Below, piece by piece: positions 36,390 through 46,133 of a stretch of 64,000 nucleotides of DNA. How positions within the stretch are numbered: the stretch's first letter is position 1; the number at the start of each line of letters is the position of its first letter. The notes under the pieces are model-generated. The model had not been told where the DNA came from. It saw only the letters and a program-made list of their open reading frames with translations, and did no database searches. A program made the position numbers and the translations under genes. Source of the DNA: Polyangiales bacterium (GTDB taxonomy: Bacteria > Myxococcota_A > Polyangia > Polyangiales > Houyiibacteriaceae); assembly GCA_045106895.1 (NCBI GenBank), contig JBGCFM010000160.1, positions 21,882-85,881 on the forward strand. The letters run 5' to 3'.

Positions 36390-37046
36390 CTAAACAACGA
36401 GCTTTCCGGCCTTCAGCGCCCGTCTTCGAGAGATCTCCACGCCAACGGCATCGAGTCCCCGGGCGTTCGCGGCGGCGAGGATAGAGCCGTGGCCACAGAA
36501 AGGGTCGACGACGGTGGTGCACTTCGTGTGTGCTTTGAGGAAACGGATAACGGCGTCGCAGACGTCGCTCCCCATGGCGCGGCTCCAGCTCATATCGCCG
36601 ACCTGAGGCAGAACATCGGGGGTTGATTGGCCTGGCGGCAGTAGCGCCTCGCGGCTGAAGCAGAGCAGGTGAGCGTAGGCGGGCCGGCCGAAGGTGGTGG
36701 TGCCTGGGGGAACGCGGCACACGACCTTGCGCCAAAGCAGGTGACTTTTTGCCCGAGCGGCGCCTTCGCTGACCATCAAGCTCTTATCGACCCAGCGCCC
36801 CTCGTGCTTGATGTCGGTTTGGTAGAAGATCACAAACGCGTCTTCGTGGGCGGAGCGACATGCCTGCTCGGCTGCGGCTGTGAACCAGGCGCGCCAAGCG
36901 TCGAAGCCGAGGTCTGGGAGTCCGCTGACATCGGGGAGCGATGTGACGATGGCATCGTTCGGACCCAGCGAGGCGTTGCGGAGCCAGTCGACGCCGTCGC
37001 CAAGGTGGATCACCCGCTGAGGCTTGTCTTCCGAATGGGTCACCAA
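36390..37046 (-). CDS. Compact SAM-dependent methyltransferase, N4/N6 DNA-MTase-like fold
   Basis: Motif I VVDPFCGHGS and AVGVEIS at the C-terminus. Motif IV position reads IVTSLPD. Confidence 0.75.
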   Translation of the reverse strand: MVTHSEDKPQRVIHLGDGVDWLRNASLGPNDAIVTSLPDVSGLPDLGFDAWRAWFTAAAEQACRSAHEDAFVIFYQTDIKHEGRWVDKSLMVSEGAARAKSHLLWRKVVCRVPPGTTTFGRPAYAHLLCFSREALLPPGQSTPDVLPQVGDMSWSRAMGSDVCDAVIRFLKAHTKCTTVVDPFCGHGSILAAANARGLDAVGVEISRRRALKAGKLVV

Positions 37047-37104
37047 AGGACCCTCGCACGGAGTGTCGCGTGCGCCAGTCCCGCCCGCGTCCTAAGCAGT
37101 CGCT

Positions 37105-38133
37105 ATGACTCAATCGAAGGCCGTGAATCGCCAAGTCGTCCTCGCCGAGCGCCCCAAAGGTGAGCCCGCCGACGGCACGCTGAAGCTCGTAGAGGGGCCC
37201 GTTCCATCGCCGGGCGCAGACGAAATGCTCCTGCGGACGGAGTTCCTCTCACTCGACCCCTACATGCGGGGGCGGATGAGCGCGACGAAGTCGTACGCGG
37301 AGCCCGTGCCCATCGGCGGCGTCATGGTCGGCGGCACCGTGGCTCAGGTTATGGAGTCCAACGTCGACGCCTTCGCCGCCGGAGACTACGTGGTGAGCTA
37401 CCACGGCTGGCAGGACTACGCGCTCTCCGATGGGAAGGGCGTGCAGAACCTTGGGCCTTCATTCGAGCGGCGCTCCTGGGCACTGGGTGTCCTTGGGATG
37501 CCAGGCTTTACGGCCTGGGCCGGCCTGATGAAGATCGGGGAGCCGAAGGCCGGCGAGACGCTCGTCGTCGCGGCGGCGACGGGACCCGTCGGGGCCACCG
37601 TGGGGCAGATCGGGAAGATCCTGGGCTGTCGCGTTGTCGGAATCGCCGGCGGTCCCGACAAGTGCGCGCACGGCGTCGAGAAGCTCGGTTTCGATGCGTG
37701 CATCGACCACAAGGCCGCGGACTTTGCCCAGCAGCTGAAGGACGCGTGCCCGAAGGGCATCGACGTCTACTACGAAAATGTAGGCGGCAAGGTCCTCGAC
37801 GCGGTCATTCCGCTGCTGAACTCGAGCGCGCGCATTCCGCTCTGCGGCTTGGTGTCTCAATACAACGCGACGGAGCTACCGGAAGGACCGGACCGCATGA
37901 ACTGGCTCATGGGGCAGATGCTGACCAAGCGAGTCAAGCTTCAGGGCTTCATCGTCTTTGATGACTTCGGGCATCTTTACCCGGAGTTCGCTCAAGTCAT
38001 GGGCGAGTGGATCGCTCAGGGGAAGATCGAGTACACCGAGGAGATCATCGACGGGCTCGAGAATGCCGCTGCATCGCTCGTTGGGCTGCTCAAGGGTGAG
38101 AACTTTGGGAAGCGCGTGATCCGGGTTGGCTAG
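37105..38133 (+). CDS. NADP-dependent oxidoreductase (CurA/YncB, prostaglandin reductase-like MDR)
   Basis: LSLDPYMRGRM, LGMPGFTAW, AATGPVG, GIDVYYENVGG, GENFGK. Confidence 0.93.
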   Translation: MTQSKAVNRQVVLAERPKGEPADGTLKLVEGPVPSPGADEMLLRTEFLSLDPYMRGRMSATKSYAEPVPIGGVMVGGTVAQVMESNVDAFAAGDYVVSYHGWQDYALSDGKGVQNLGPSFERRSWALGVLGMPGFTAWAGLMKIGEPKAGETLVVAAATGPVGATVGQIGKILGCRVVGIAGGPDKCAHGVEKLGFDACIDHKAADFAQQLKDACPKGIDVYYENVGGKVLDAVIPLLNSSARIPLCGLVSQYNATELPEGPDRMNWLMGQMLTKRVKLQGFIVFDDFGHLYPEFAQVMGEWIAQGKIEYTEEIIDGLENAAASLVGLLKGENFGKRVIRVG

Positions 38134-38219
38134 TTTGCGATTCAGAAAGGTGGAGGAGACCTGACTTGTGTCCTGCAGCCCGATGGCTGCGTTGCTCCTC
38201 CTCGAAACATCGCGGCTAG

Positions 38220-41153
38220 TCACGGGCTTTTGAGCGACTCAAGGTCCGCCGCGAGTTCGCTGAAGTGGATCGCGCCCATGGGTGCCAGGGGGCCGTTGAC
38301 CTCCAATTCGACGATAAGATGTTCCCGGACAACGGGCGCGCGTTTCTTGATCGCATCGTCCCAACGAAGGACTACGATCACCGAAGGGAGCGACTTGTGC
38401 GCGCGGTCAAAACTGGGCGGAGAATAGGGGCCCATGAGCGACCAACCTCGCTTGTCGAGGGACAGGATTTCGCCCGTCTTCGCTTGAGTGCCGACGACGC
38501 GCATAAGCTCAGCCCTGCGAGCATCCTCGCCGGTGACGCGAGAAACGACACGGCTGAGCTGAGCGAAGGGCTGTGCGATGTCGTAGTCTGTGAAGATCTG
38601 GGTCCAGCGCGCGACGGCGGCTGGCTGCATGTGCACGGGATGCGCGATTCGGATGCGCGCCTGCGGAGGGAGCGTGGTCTCTTCGTCGTCGCCGGTGGCG
38701 TAGGTGAGGTCTTCGCTGACGCGAAACGTGGACAGAGGACGACCGTCGCTTCCTCCATAAGCAAAGACGAGGCGCCGCCCGAGGTGGCCGACAAGAGGAT
38801 GTTTGACGATGTAGGCCTCGAACTCTGCGACGCTCCACGTTTGCATGCTCAGCATGTCGCGCCCCATGCGCTCGAGGAGCGCCCCCGAGAGCTTACGGGC
38901 GTTCTTCTTGAGCGTGGCCCACGTCGCTTTGGCTTGCTTGGCCAGAGCTTGGTCGTCGGTTTTGCGCACACTTGGAATCTTTGCGAGTCGGTCGCCTTTT
39001 GCGTCGTCGATGCACGGACGGAGCACTTCATCGAAGGTCACGGTGAACTGGCGCGCGCCGTAGTCGAGGCTAAGCGTTCCCTTTTTGTCGAGGCCCAGCG
39101 TTGGTTCCGACTTGTCTTCAAGCAAGTCCGGGTCGATGCCGTGGCGTTCAGCGATGGTCTTCACGACCCGTTCGCTCCCGCGCTTGAGCCAGCTGGGGCC
39201 GTCGCGAGACCAGCGTTCAACGGGAATGAGCGCGACTTTGCTGCCGATGGCGGCAAGGGCCTCAAGGCCGGCTAGGCCGATGACCTTACTCTTGTCTTCT
39301 CCCCAGGCGCCGATCTTCTCCACGAGCCAGCGTGCGCTCTCATCGTCCCCGAAGTACGTAAGGCCATGCATCGCCCACCTGCTTTTGGGACTGGCCCCGG
39401 CCGCCAACCAGGCCGTGCAGAGGCTACGGGCGAAGTCAGCGGCGGAAGCCGCGTCGAGGGCGTCTTTGACCTGCTCGATGCCGTGGTAGGCCTCGTCGGG
39501 TTCAGCGAAAGTCAGCATCTCCACGATGTGTAGGGTGCTCTCTTCTCTCAGGGGCTCACCGCTTCGCAAGCGCGGCCGTGGGAGTCGCTTCACATCGACC
39601 CAAGATGGGACCTTCGGCGGCTTCAAAGGTGCGTCAAAGAGCGGGTCAAGATCCACGAGGGCGCAGACGGCTTCTGCAACCTCGGCGCCATGCTCTTTCC
39701 CGTACCTCTCGCCGATGGCTTTGATGATGTCGCCCTTGCCCATTCGCACCATCCATCGCAGCGCCTGTCTGCCCGCTCGATTCCGTCTCGACGCGCTGCC
39801 GTAGGCATCCGGGATGAGCGCCGCCGCCGCATGGGCGGGAAACCCCAGCAACCACTGCCGCGCAACCCGCTTCGAGTCGGCGCGGAAGGCGTTGGCGGCG
39901 GTCTCGGCTCCGTGGGGCGGGCGCTCGCCTTCTCCGAACTTTTCGGTGGGGAGGTGGACGGGCGTGAGTTTGAAGCGGGTCCGGTCGGCCTTTCGTTTGG
40001 CCCGCCAAGGCGGCTCTCGCAGGACAGGCGGAAGCGATTCGACCCGTGCCGTTGCTTCTGTTGAGAACGGGGCTTCCGCTGTAGACGGCGCTTCCGCGCT
40101 CGGGAGGCTCTCAAGCAGGGCCCTGGCGGCTTCCAGGGATGCCTTGTGCTTCGTCGCTGCGATGAACTCCGGCAGAACGATTCTGCCGAGGTCTGGGTAA
40201 CGACCCAAGTACTTTGCGACAAGCGGCCGAACGGACTTGACGGCGATGAGACTCACCATGGCGCGCGCGGGCTGACGGCCGACAAAGACGCTGGCAACAC
40301 GCACCCATTCACGCGCCCTTCGCTTTTCTTTCGCGCTCGGGATGCACTCCAAAAGACGAGGCAGGATATCGACGCCCACGCGCCAGATGAGCGTCGGCAC
40401 GTGCGTGTAAAACTCCGGCTTCGAGTAGAGGTTCGGCAACGTCTTGGTCTCGTCAACGTGTGCCGGAAGGGCGACGACTCCCCAATCCGCGACGCCGGAT
40501 TTGAGTGCCGCTTGTCGCAGGTCGACGTCTTCGCTGAGGACGAACGCCGCTCGCAAGCGCTGGACGCTGTCCGGCGCAAACTCTGCGGACCATGCGCGAA
40601 GCCAGGCGCGGGCTTCGTCGTAGGTATCCTCGCTTGCGTAGGCGAGGAGTCGCCTGAGCGCCTCCCAAGCCGTCTTCGGCCACTGGATGGCGCCTTTCGG
40701 GGTCTCCGGGAAGGAGAAGTAATAGTCAAAGTCGATCTCGCTGCAGCGAACGAGAGCTTTGGCGGTGGACACAACGCCATATTCTTGCGCCCAGAAGTAC
40801 ACCGCTCGCTCGAAGACCTCTTCGCGCTCATCCCCATACACATCGTGACCTGCGCTCAGTAGGATGCAGCCGGCTTCAAGGGTCGCGTCAAAGTTCTCTG
40901 GCTGGTCGCCCTTGAGTCGAGCACGGACCCGGGTCATCAGCTCACGGGCTGGTGGAGTAGCCAAGGCGTCCATGTCGGCCCAGCGTTGGAGGTTTCGCCC
41001 CAGGGCGGCGAGGCCGGTCATGAACACCGAGCTTGGCTTGATGCGCGACGTGTCGCTCGTAGGCGCTTTCATTCCCCGATGCGGCAGGACGTCTTTTCTC
41101 AGCTCGTCCGTCCAGACGATGTAGGTCTCCGAGTAGTCATTCGATCCGGTCAT
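38220..41153 (-). CDS. DUF4132-domain protein (MolR/YehI-like)
   Basis: PTLGLD..LDYGARQF..HPLV..RRLVF..RIAHP..W..DY.I.QPFAQL.R. Confidence 0.85.
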   Translation of the reverse strand: MTGSNDYSETYIVWTDELRKDVLPHRGMKAPTSDTSRIKPSSVFMTGLAALGRNLQRWADMDALATPPARELMTRVRARLKGDQPENFDATLEAGCILLSAGHDVYGDEREEVFERAVYFWAQEYGVVSTAKALVRCSEIDFDYYFSFPETPKGAIQWPKTAWEALRRLLAYASEDTYDEARAWLRAWSAEFAPDSVQRLRAAFVLSEDVDLRQAALKSGVADWGVVALPAHVDETKTLPNLYSKPEFYTHVPTLIWRVGVDILPRLLECIPSAKEKRRAREWVRVASVFVGRQPARAMVSLIAVKSVRPLVAKYLGRYPDLGRIVLPEFIAATKHKASLEAARALLESLPSAEAPSTAEAPFSTEATARVESLPPVLREPPWRAKRKADRTRFKLTPVHLPTEKFGEGERPPHGAETAANAFRADSKRVARQWLLGFPAHAAAALIPDAYGSASRRNRAGRQALRWMVRMGKGDIIKAIGERYGKEHGAEVAEAVCALVDLDPLFDAPLKPPKVPSWVDVKRLPRPRLRSGEPLREESTLHIVEMLTFAEPDEAYHGIEQVKDALDAASAADFARSLCTAWLAAGASPKSRWAMHGLTYFGDDESARWLVEKIGAWGEDKSKVIGLAGLEALAAIGSKVALIPVERWSRDGPSWLKRGSERVVKTIAERHGIDPDLLEDKSEPTLGLDKKGTLSLDYGARQFTVTFDEVLRPCIDDAKGDRLAKIPSVRKTDDQALAKQAKATWATLKKNARKLSGALLERMGRDMLSMQTWSVAEFEAYIVKHPLVGHLGRRLVFAYGGSDGRPLSTFRVSEDLTYATGDDEETTLPPQARIRIAHPVHMQPAAVARWTQIFTDYDIAQPFAQLSRVVSRVTGEDARRAELMRVVGTQAKTGEILSLDKRGWSLMGPYSPPSFDRAHKSLPSVIVVLRWDDAIKKRAPVVREHLIVELEVNGPLAPMGAIHFSELAADLESLKSP

Positions 41154-41305
41154 CGGTTCTCCCTTGCCCAAAAATCCAAGGGGTTCGCCCTACACCCGGC
41201 GCCTTCTTGACTCAGGGGAAAGCACCCAAGCACAGCGTCTCGCCGCTTGTCTAGGGGGTCAGGGCAGCACTGGCGTGACCTGCGTATTTGGCTTAGAGCG
41301 CTGAC

Positions 41306-42550
41306 GTGTCTCGTCAGAAGAAGCTCATCGCGCTGATGTGGGTCGGCGCGGGTATCGCTGCGGTGGCCGTCTGGGCGTCGCGTCGCGGTGCGGACGCCAT
41401 CGAGGAGCCGCGAGGCGCGCCCGGATCTCCGGTGATCGTCAGTGACGAAACCCCAGACTCCCCAAACGCCGAACTTCCACCGGCGAGCGGCGACGCACAG
41501 AGCCCGACGCAGTATCGCGGCGACGCGCGGCACTCGGGTCAGAGCCCGTTTCTTGGCCCGAGCGAAGGTGGCCTCGCGTGGCGCTTTGAGACGGAGGGCA
41601 TCATCTCCGCGCAGGTCGTGGCGGATGAGCGCGGCTTTATCTACGTAGGCTCCCACGACCACTTTTTCTACGCGTTGGGCAATGGCGGCCGAGAGCGCTG
41701 GAAGCGCGACCTCGGCGACCGAATCTACTCGACTGCGGCCATCGACGGCGAGGGCAATGTCTATGTCGGCAGTGATGCGGACGCCGTCTGGAGCTTTCGA
41801 CGGAACGGGGACCAGCGCTGGCGCGTGGATGTCGATGGCGACGCGGACACGGGCATCGCGCTTGGTGAAGACGGCATCGTTTTTGGCGCCGGGCAGGCGC
41901 TTTGGTTCGTGGAATTCGACGGCACGGTTCGCTGGCGGAAGGGCCTCGGCGGAAAGATCTTCGCGACGCCATCCATCGACGCAGACGGCAACATCTACGT
42001 CGGTTGCCAGGACGACCACATGTACAGCTTTGCGCCCGATGGTGAGCAGCGCTGGGTCTACCGGACGAACGACGACAACGACGCGAGCCCGATGCTCGAC
42101 GAAGACGGCAATATCTACTTTGGGTCCGATGACCACCACGTGTATGCCCTCAACACACGCGGCGAGGTGAAGTGGTCTGTGGATCTCGACGGCATGGTGC
42201 GAGCGCCGATGGCGCTGGGCCGTGATGGGTCCATTCTTGTGGGCGTTTTCGGCCCGCGCCCGCGCGTCGTTTCCCTCGATCGCGAGACCGGCGAGACGCG
42301 CTGGTTCTTCCCCGTGACCGTGGCGGATACCACGGAGATCGGTGTGGCCAGCGGGCCCGTCGTCGACGCTGGCGGAAACATCTACTTCGGCGCCCACGAC
42401 GACTATATCTACGCGCTGGCGCCCACCGGTGAGCTCCGCTGGGCGTTTGCGACCGAGGGTGACGTGGACGCGAGTCCCGTGATCTTGTCGACGGGCGAGC
42501 TGGTTGTCGGATCCGACGACCACCACGTGTACGCAATCGCGCTGCGCTAG
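41306..42550 (+). CDS. Membrane-anchored PQQ-like beta-propeller repeat protein
   Basis: N-terminal TM. About 8 repeats of D.DGNIYxGS.D..YA...G...W. Confidence 0.88.
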   Translation: MSRQKKLIALMWVGAGIAAVAVWASRRGADAIEEPRGAPGSPVIVSDETPDSPNAELPPASGDAQSPTQYRGDARHSGQSPFLGPSEGGLAWRFETEGIISAQVVADERGFIYVGSHDHFFYALGNGGRERWKRDLGDRIYSTAAIDGEGNVYVGSDADAVWSFRRNGDQRWRVDVDGDADTGIALGEDGIVFGAGQALWFVEFDGTVRWRKGLGGKIFATPSIDADGNIYVGCQDDHMYSFAPDGEQRWVYRTNDDNDASPMLDEDGNIYFGSDDHHVYALNTRGEVKWSVDLDGMVRAPMALGRDGSILVGVFGPRPRVVSLDRETGETRWFFPVTVADTTEIGVASGPVVDAGGNIYFGAHDDYIYALAPTGELRWAFATEGDVDASPVILSTGELVVGSDDHHVYAIALR

Positions 42551-42570
42551 AGACGTGCTGCCGATGCCTC

Positions 42571-42843
42571 GTGCGAAGGTCAGCGAGTTTGAGGCGCCAA
42601 ACGGACTGCTCCCGGCCCGTCGATGAACGTCTGAGCGCCGCTCTGACGCGTGGCGGGGTGACGTTAAGCTGGCCTCTTCCTCGCCTACTGCAGGCAAAGT
42701 GGGGAGAGCACATCGTCGTCATGATCGGCGAGCGCGCGCAGATTCGCCTCTCGTATCTGCTTCCTCAGGACGAGCGTCGTTTCGCGGCGGAGCGTGTGTT
42801 CGTGTGGCTCGAAGGCGTCGTGCGGACACTTGAGCGCCGCTGA
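42571..42843 (+). CDS. Small hypothetical protein
   Basis: Fills the gap between convergent genes. C-half looks protein-like. Start uncertain. Confidence 0.35.
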   Translation: MRRSASLRRQTDCSRPVDERLSAALTRGGVTLSWPLPRLLQAKWGEHIVVMIGERAQIRLSYLLPQDERRFAAERVFVWLEGVVRTLERR

Positions 42844-42855
42844 CACGAGGGCCCG

Positions 42856-44403
42856 CTATTTTTTCTTCTTCTTCTCAGACTTGCTGCTGCCAAAGAGACC
42901 GGAGAGAAATCCTCCGCCCTTTCTCTTTGGCGCTTTGCTCTGGCGCATATTGCCCAAACGAATCTGGCGCTGAGCGTCCACGTTTCGTGGGTTCGACTCG
43001 AGGACGAGGCGGAAGATATCGTAGGCCTCCTCGATCTTCTCTTTGCGCAGAAGGATCTGCGCCTTCGTCATGAGCGCGCGTTCGTTGCGGTCGTGGAGAG
43101 TCAGCGCGTGCTCCGCGATTTCCATGGCTTCGTTCGCGCTCTTAACACCGTGCCGTCGCCAAAGAATGGTGGCCAACGCAGCGTGGTAGTCGGCCTCGTC
43201 CGGCACCGTCGCGAGGAGCTCACGAACGATGGTCTCGGCGTTCCCGTAGTCTTTCCGGCGCAGGAGGACTTCGACCTTTTGAAACTCGAGCGCCGCCATG
43301 AGCACGGTGTTGAGCTTGCGGTCGCTCTGAGGGGTACCGCCGCCGTCTTGAACAGCAGTGAAGTACTCTTTGCGCTGGTCGGGATCGGAGAGGGTCTTCT
43401 CTGCGTCGGTGAGATGACGAAAGATGATGTCGGCGATGTCGCGCAGCGCGCTGAGTCCCTGCGGGAGGCGGTCCGGATGCCAGTACTTCACTTTGTTGAA
43501 GTAGGCGTCACGGATGTCATCGCTTCCTGCATGAGGCGTGATCTCAAGCATCTCGAAGTAGTTTTGTTCGTCGATGCGGTTGGCGTAGTCCACGACCTCA
43601 TCCCATCGCTTCGCAAGTTCGGGCGAGAGGTTATCCGGTCGCTTCGGGACCTTCGCAGGCGGCGTCGATCCTTTGGGTGGTGGCGGGGACGAGAAGCTGA
43701 CGGGGTCCGGCGCTGGCGCGCGAATGCTTCCCGAGGAGGTGCTTGTCGTGCTGGGCGGGCGGTCCGCGGCGACGTGCCGATCCGACGGCGGCCCGGCGGG
43801 TTCCGCGGTCAGGGGCCGGGCGATTTCGCCTTCGAAATGATCGATACAATCCGCGATGGAGAGCATGTAGAGAACGCGTCGCGCGCTCTTGCCGCTCGCG
43901 GAAGCGCGGATCGCCCCGTCGGCTGTGACCGGGCCCGCGCGGAACATCTCTAAGAAGGTCAGCTCGGACTTGATGAAGCCAAACCGTTCGAGGGGGGCGC
44001 CGCTTTTGATGCGCAGGCGCTTGCCCCCGTGGTTCGAGAGGACAGCCTCGACGATGGAATCGCGCATGCCGCCTCGAAGTGAGGCGGCGACGAGGGCGAG
44101 GGGGTCGATCTGTCCGGGTGCGCCTTTGTCACCGACGAGGTCTTCTTGGTAGAACGCGTAAGGGACATTGCTCCGCTGAAAGAGAGGCAGTAGTCCGCGC
44201 TCAAGATCGCCCCCGGCCTCGAGAAGGAGCGCCTTGTCGATGAGGCCTCGGGAGAAGTGGATACGATCCTGGCCGCGGCCATCGGTCGGCCACACGGCAA
44301 GGGTCCCGGAGAGGGAGCGTCCGTGTACGGACATCATCACGTGGGCGAGAGGTGTCTTCCCCAGGTCTCCCTGGGCGATGGGTTGAGGGCCAGCCATGGC
44401 CAT
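42856..44403 (-). CDS. J-domain (DnaJ) + TPR protein with DUF4388-like N-terminus
   Basis: SGTL..I.F..G N-domain, Pro-rich linker, NYFEML..AY..YWHPDRL, TPRs, GGFLSGLFG tail. Confidence 0.85.
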   Translation of the reverse strand: MAMAGPQPIAQGDLGKTPLAHVMMSVHGRSLSGTLAVWPTDGRGQDRIHFSRGLIDKALLLEAGGDLERGLLPLFQRSNVPYAFYQEDLVGDKGAPGQIDPLALVAASLRGGMRDSIVEAVLSNHGGKRLRIKSGAPLERFGFIKSELTFLEMFRAGPVTADGAIRASASGKSARRVLYMLSIADCIDHFEGEIARPLTAEPAGPPSDRHVAADRPPSTTSTSSGSIRAPAPDPVSFSSPPPPKGSTPPAKVPKRPDNLSPELAKRWDEVVDYANRIDEQNYFEMLEITPHAGSDDIRDAYFNKVKYWHPDRLPQGLSALRDIADIIFRHLTDAEKTLSDPDQRKEYFTAVQDGGGTPQSDRKLNTVLMAALEFQKVEVLLRRKDYGNAETIVRELLATVPDEADYHAALATILWRRHGVKSANEAMEIAEHALTLHDRNERALMTKAQILLRKEKIEEAYDIFRLVLESNPRNVDAQRQIRLGNMRQSKAPKRKGGGFLSGLFGSSKSEKKKKK

Positions 44404-44483
44404 CCGAGACTGGCACAATCGCTGTGCTTCGGGGGAAGTGAAAGAGCGTGACCCGCCAATTATTGTGTTCGGCGGACGAATGA

Positions 44484-44513
44484 GGACGGGGCGCTGACGA
44501 CAACACCCCGTCC
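44484..44513 (-). terminator. Hairpin 3' of cysS (terminator-like, weak U-tract)
   Basis: Minus strand GGACGGGGTGTTG-TCGT-CAGCGCCCCGTCC, 13-bp stem with two G-U pairs, 11 nt after the stop. Confidence 0.45.
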
Positions 44514-44524
44514 CAGAGCTCCGG

Positions 44525-46021
44525 CTACTCGGTCATCGTCCACGTCGTCCCGTCCGGGGAGTCGTGGAGTTCAACGTTCTTGGCAGTGAGTTCGGCGCGA
44601 ATCGCGTCGGAGGCGGCGAAGTCTTTCTCCGCGCGGGCAGCCGCTCGGGCTGCGATCTGTGCTTCGACGTAGTCGGGGGTGATGCCCTGCTTCGCCGCGC
44701 GTCGGTCGCGAATACGGACGAGAACGGCCTTCGCGTCTTGTGCTCCCAGTCCAAGCCGCGCCTCGAGGGCAGCAAAGCCCTGCTCCGCGGCGAGGATGTG
44801 GGAGTTGCTGGCGAAGCCCTTCTTGCGCATCGCGAGGTCGCAGAGCTCGTTCACCCCACCGAGGAACTCGCTCATGACCGCGATGGCCGCGCTCATGTTG
44901 AGGTCGTCGTTCAGAGGCTTGGCTAGGCGCCCATCGAGCTTTCGGATCGACATCGGGATGTCCCCGGACTCATCGCGTCGGCGCTTCTCTGGGATCGCTG
45001 CGAGGCGGACCTGAGTGTTGTAGAGGTACGCGAGACGTGCCTCGGCTTCTTCGATCTGCGGGAAGCCCGTGACCTGTCCGTCGGCGTCGAGAGACCAGTC
45101 GAGGTTCAGCGGGGAGCGATAGTGCGTCGTCATCGTGAAGAGGCGCAGCGCTTCGGGCTCAAGGCGCTCGAAGAGGTCTCGTGCTGTGAAGAAGTTGCCA
45201 AGGCTCTTGCCCATCTTGGTCTTGTCGACCTCGACGAAGCCGTTGTGCATCCAGTGGTTGCAGAACTTATGGCCCGTCGCGCCTTCGCTCTGGGCGAGCT
45301 CGTTCTCGTGGTGAGGGAAGACCAAGTCGAGGCCGCCGCCGTGAAGGTCGAGGGTGTTGCCGAGGTGCTTGGTGGACATCGCGGAGCACTCGATGTGCCA
45401 GCCGGGACGGCCTTCGCCCCAAGGGCTCTCGAAGGACTCGACGCCCTCGATGCCCTTCTTCCACAACGCGAAGTCTGAGGGGTGACGCTTGCGCGAGGCC
45501 TGATCGCTGTCGAGTCGTGCGCTGGCGCCGGCTTCGTTGTCTTCGAGCTTGCGGCCCGAGAGCTGTCCGTATGTCTCAAAGCTCTCGACGGAATAGTAGA
45601 CGTCGCCTTCGCTCTCGTAGGCGTGTCCTTTCTCGATGAGCTTTTCGATCATGGCGATGATCTCGCCCATGTGCTCGCTGACTTTGGGCTCGATGTCCGG
45701 CGCGATGTTGCCGAGCGCCGCCATGTCCTCCTGGAAAGCCTTCGTGAAGCGTTCCGAGAGCTCCTTGGTGGACTCACCGTTTTCTTTGGAGCGCTTGAGA
45801 ATCTTGTCGTCGATGTCCGTGATGTTGCGGACGTAGGTCAGCTTTTGGCCGTTGGCGCGGAGGTGACGAACGAGCACGTCGTAGATGATGTAGCAGCGCG
45901 CGTGCCCAATATGCGAGTAGTCGTAGACCGTCGGGCCACAGACGTAGACCCGGGCGTTGTCGGGGTCTTGAGGAGTAAAGGGGACCTTCTCGCGGGTCAG
46001 GGAATCGTAGAGGCGAAGCAT
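44525..46021 (-). CDS. cysS: Cysteine--tRNA ligase
   Basis: YVCGPTVYD, HIGH, GRPGWHIECS, HGGGLDLVFPHHENE, KMGKS. Confidence 0.97.
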   Translation of the reverse strand: MLRLYDSLTREKVPFTPQDPDNARVYVCGPTVYDYSHIGHARCYIIYDVLVRHLRANGQKLTYVRNITDIDDKILKRSKENGESTKELSERFTKAFQEDMAALGNIAPDIEPKVSEHMGEIIAMIEKLIEKGHAYESEGDVYYSVESFETYGQLSGRKLEDNEAGASARLDSDQASRKRHPSDFALWKKGIEGVESFESPWGEGRPGWHIECSAMSTKHLGNTLDLHGGGLDLVFPHHENELAQSEGATGHKFCNHWMHNGFVEVDKTKMGKSLGNFFTARDLFERLEPEALRLFTMTTHYRSPLNLDWSLDADGQVTGFPQIEEAEARLAYLYNTQVRLAAIPEKRRRDESGDIPMSIRKLDGRLAKPLNDDLNMSAAIAVMSEFLGGVNELCDLAMRKKGFASNSHILAAEQGFAALEARLGLGAQDAKAVLVRIRDRRAAKQGITPDYVEAQIAARAAARAEKDFAASDAIRAELTAKNVELHDSPDGTTWTMTE

Positions 46022-46133
46022 GGGAGGAGCCTAGCCTGGATTCCGGGGCCGTCGATCCCCTCTCGGCGGAGAAATGGCCGTCATTGTGAGAGGGCTCGCG
46101 CCTTGGCTCGGCTGTGTTATTAAGCCAGCCCTC

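Noticed and set aside
32100..37050. Run of small unrelated genes resembling an integron cassette array or island
   Set aside because: Mixed orientations, no attC-like repeats, no integrase, no flanking direct repeats or tRNA.
41150..42697. 515-aa minus-strand repetitive ORF
   Set aside because: Shadow of the PQQ-like beta-propeller gene.
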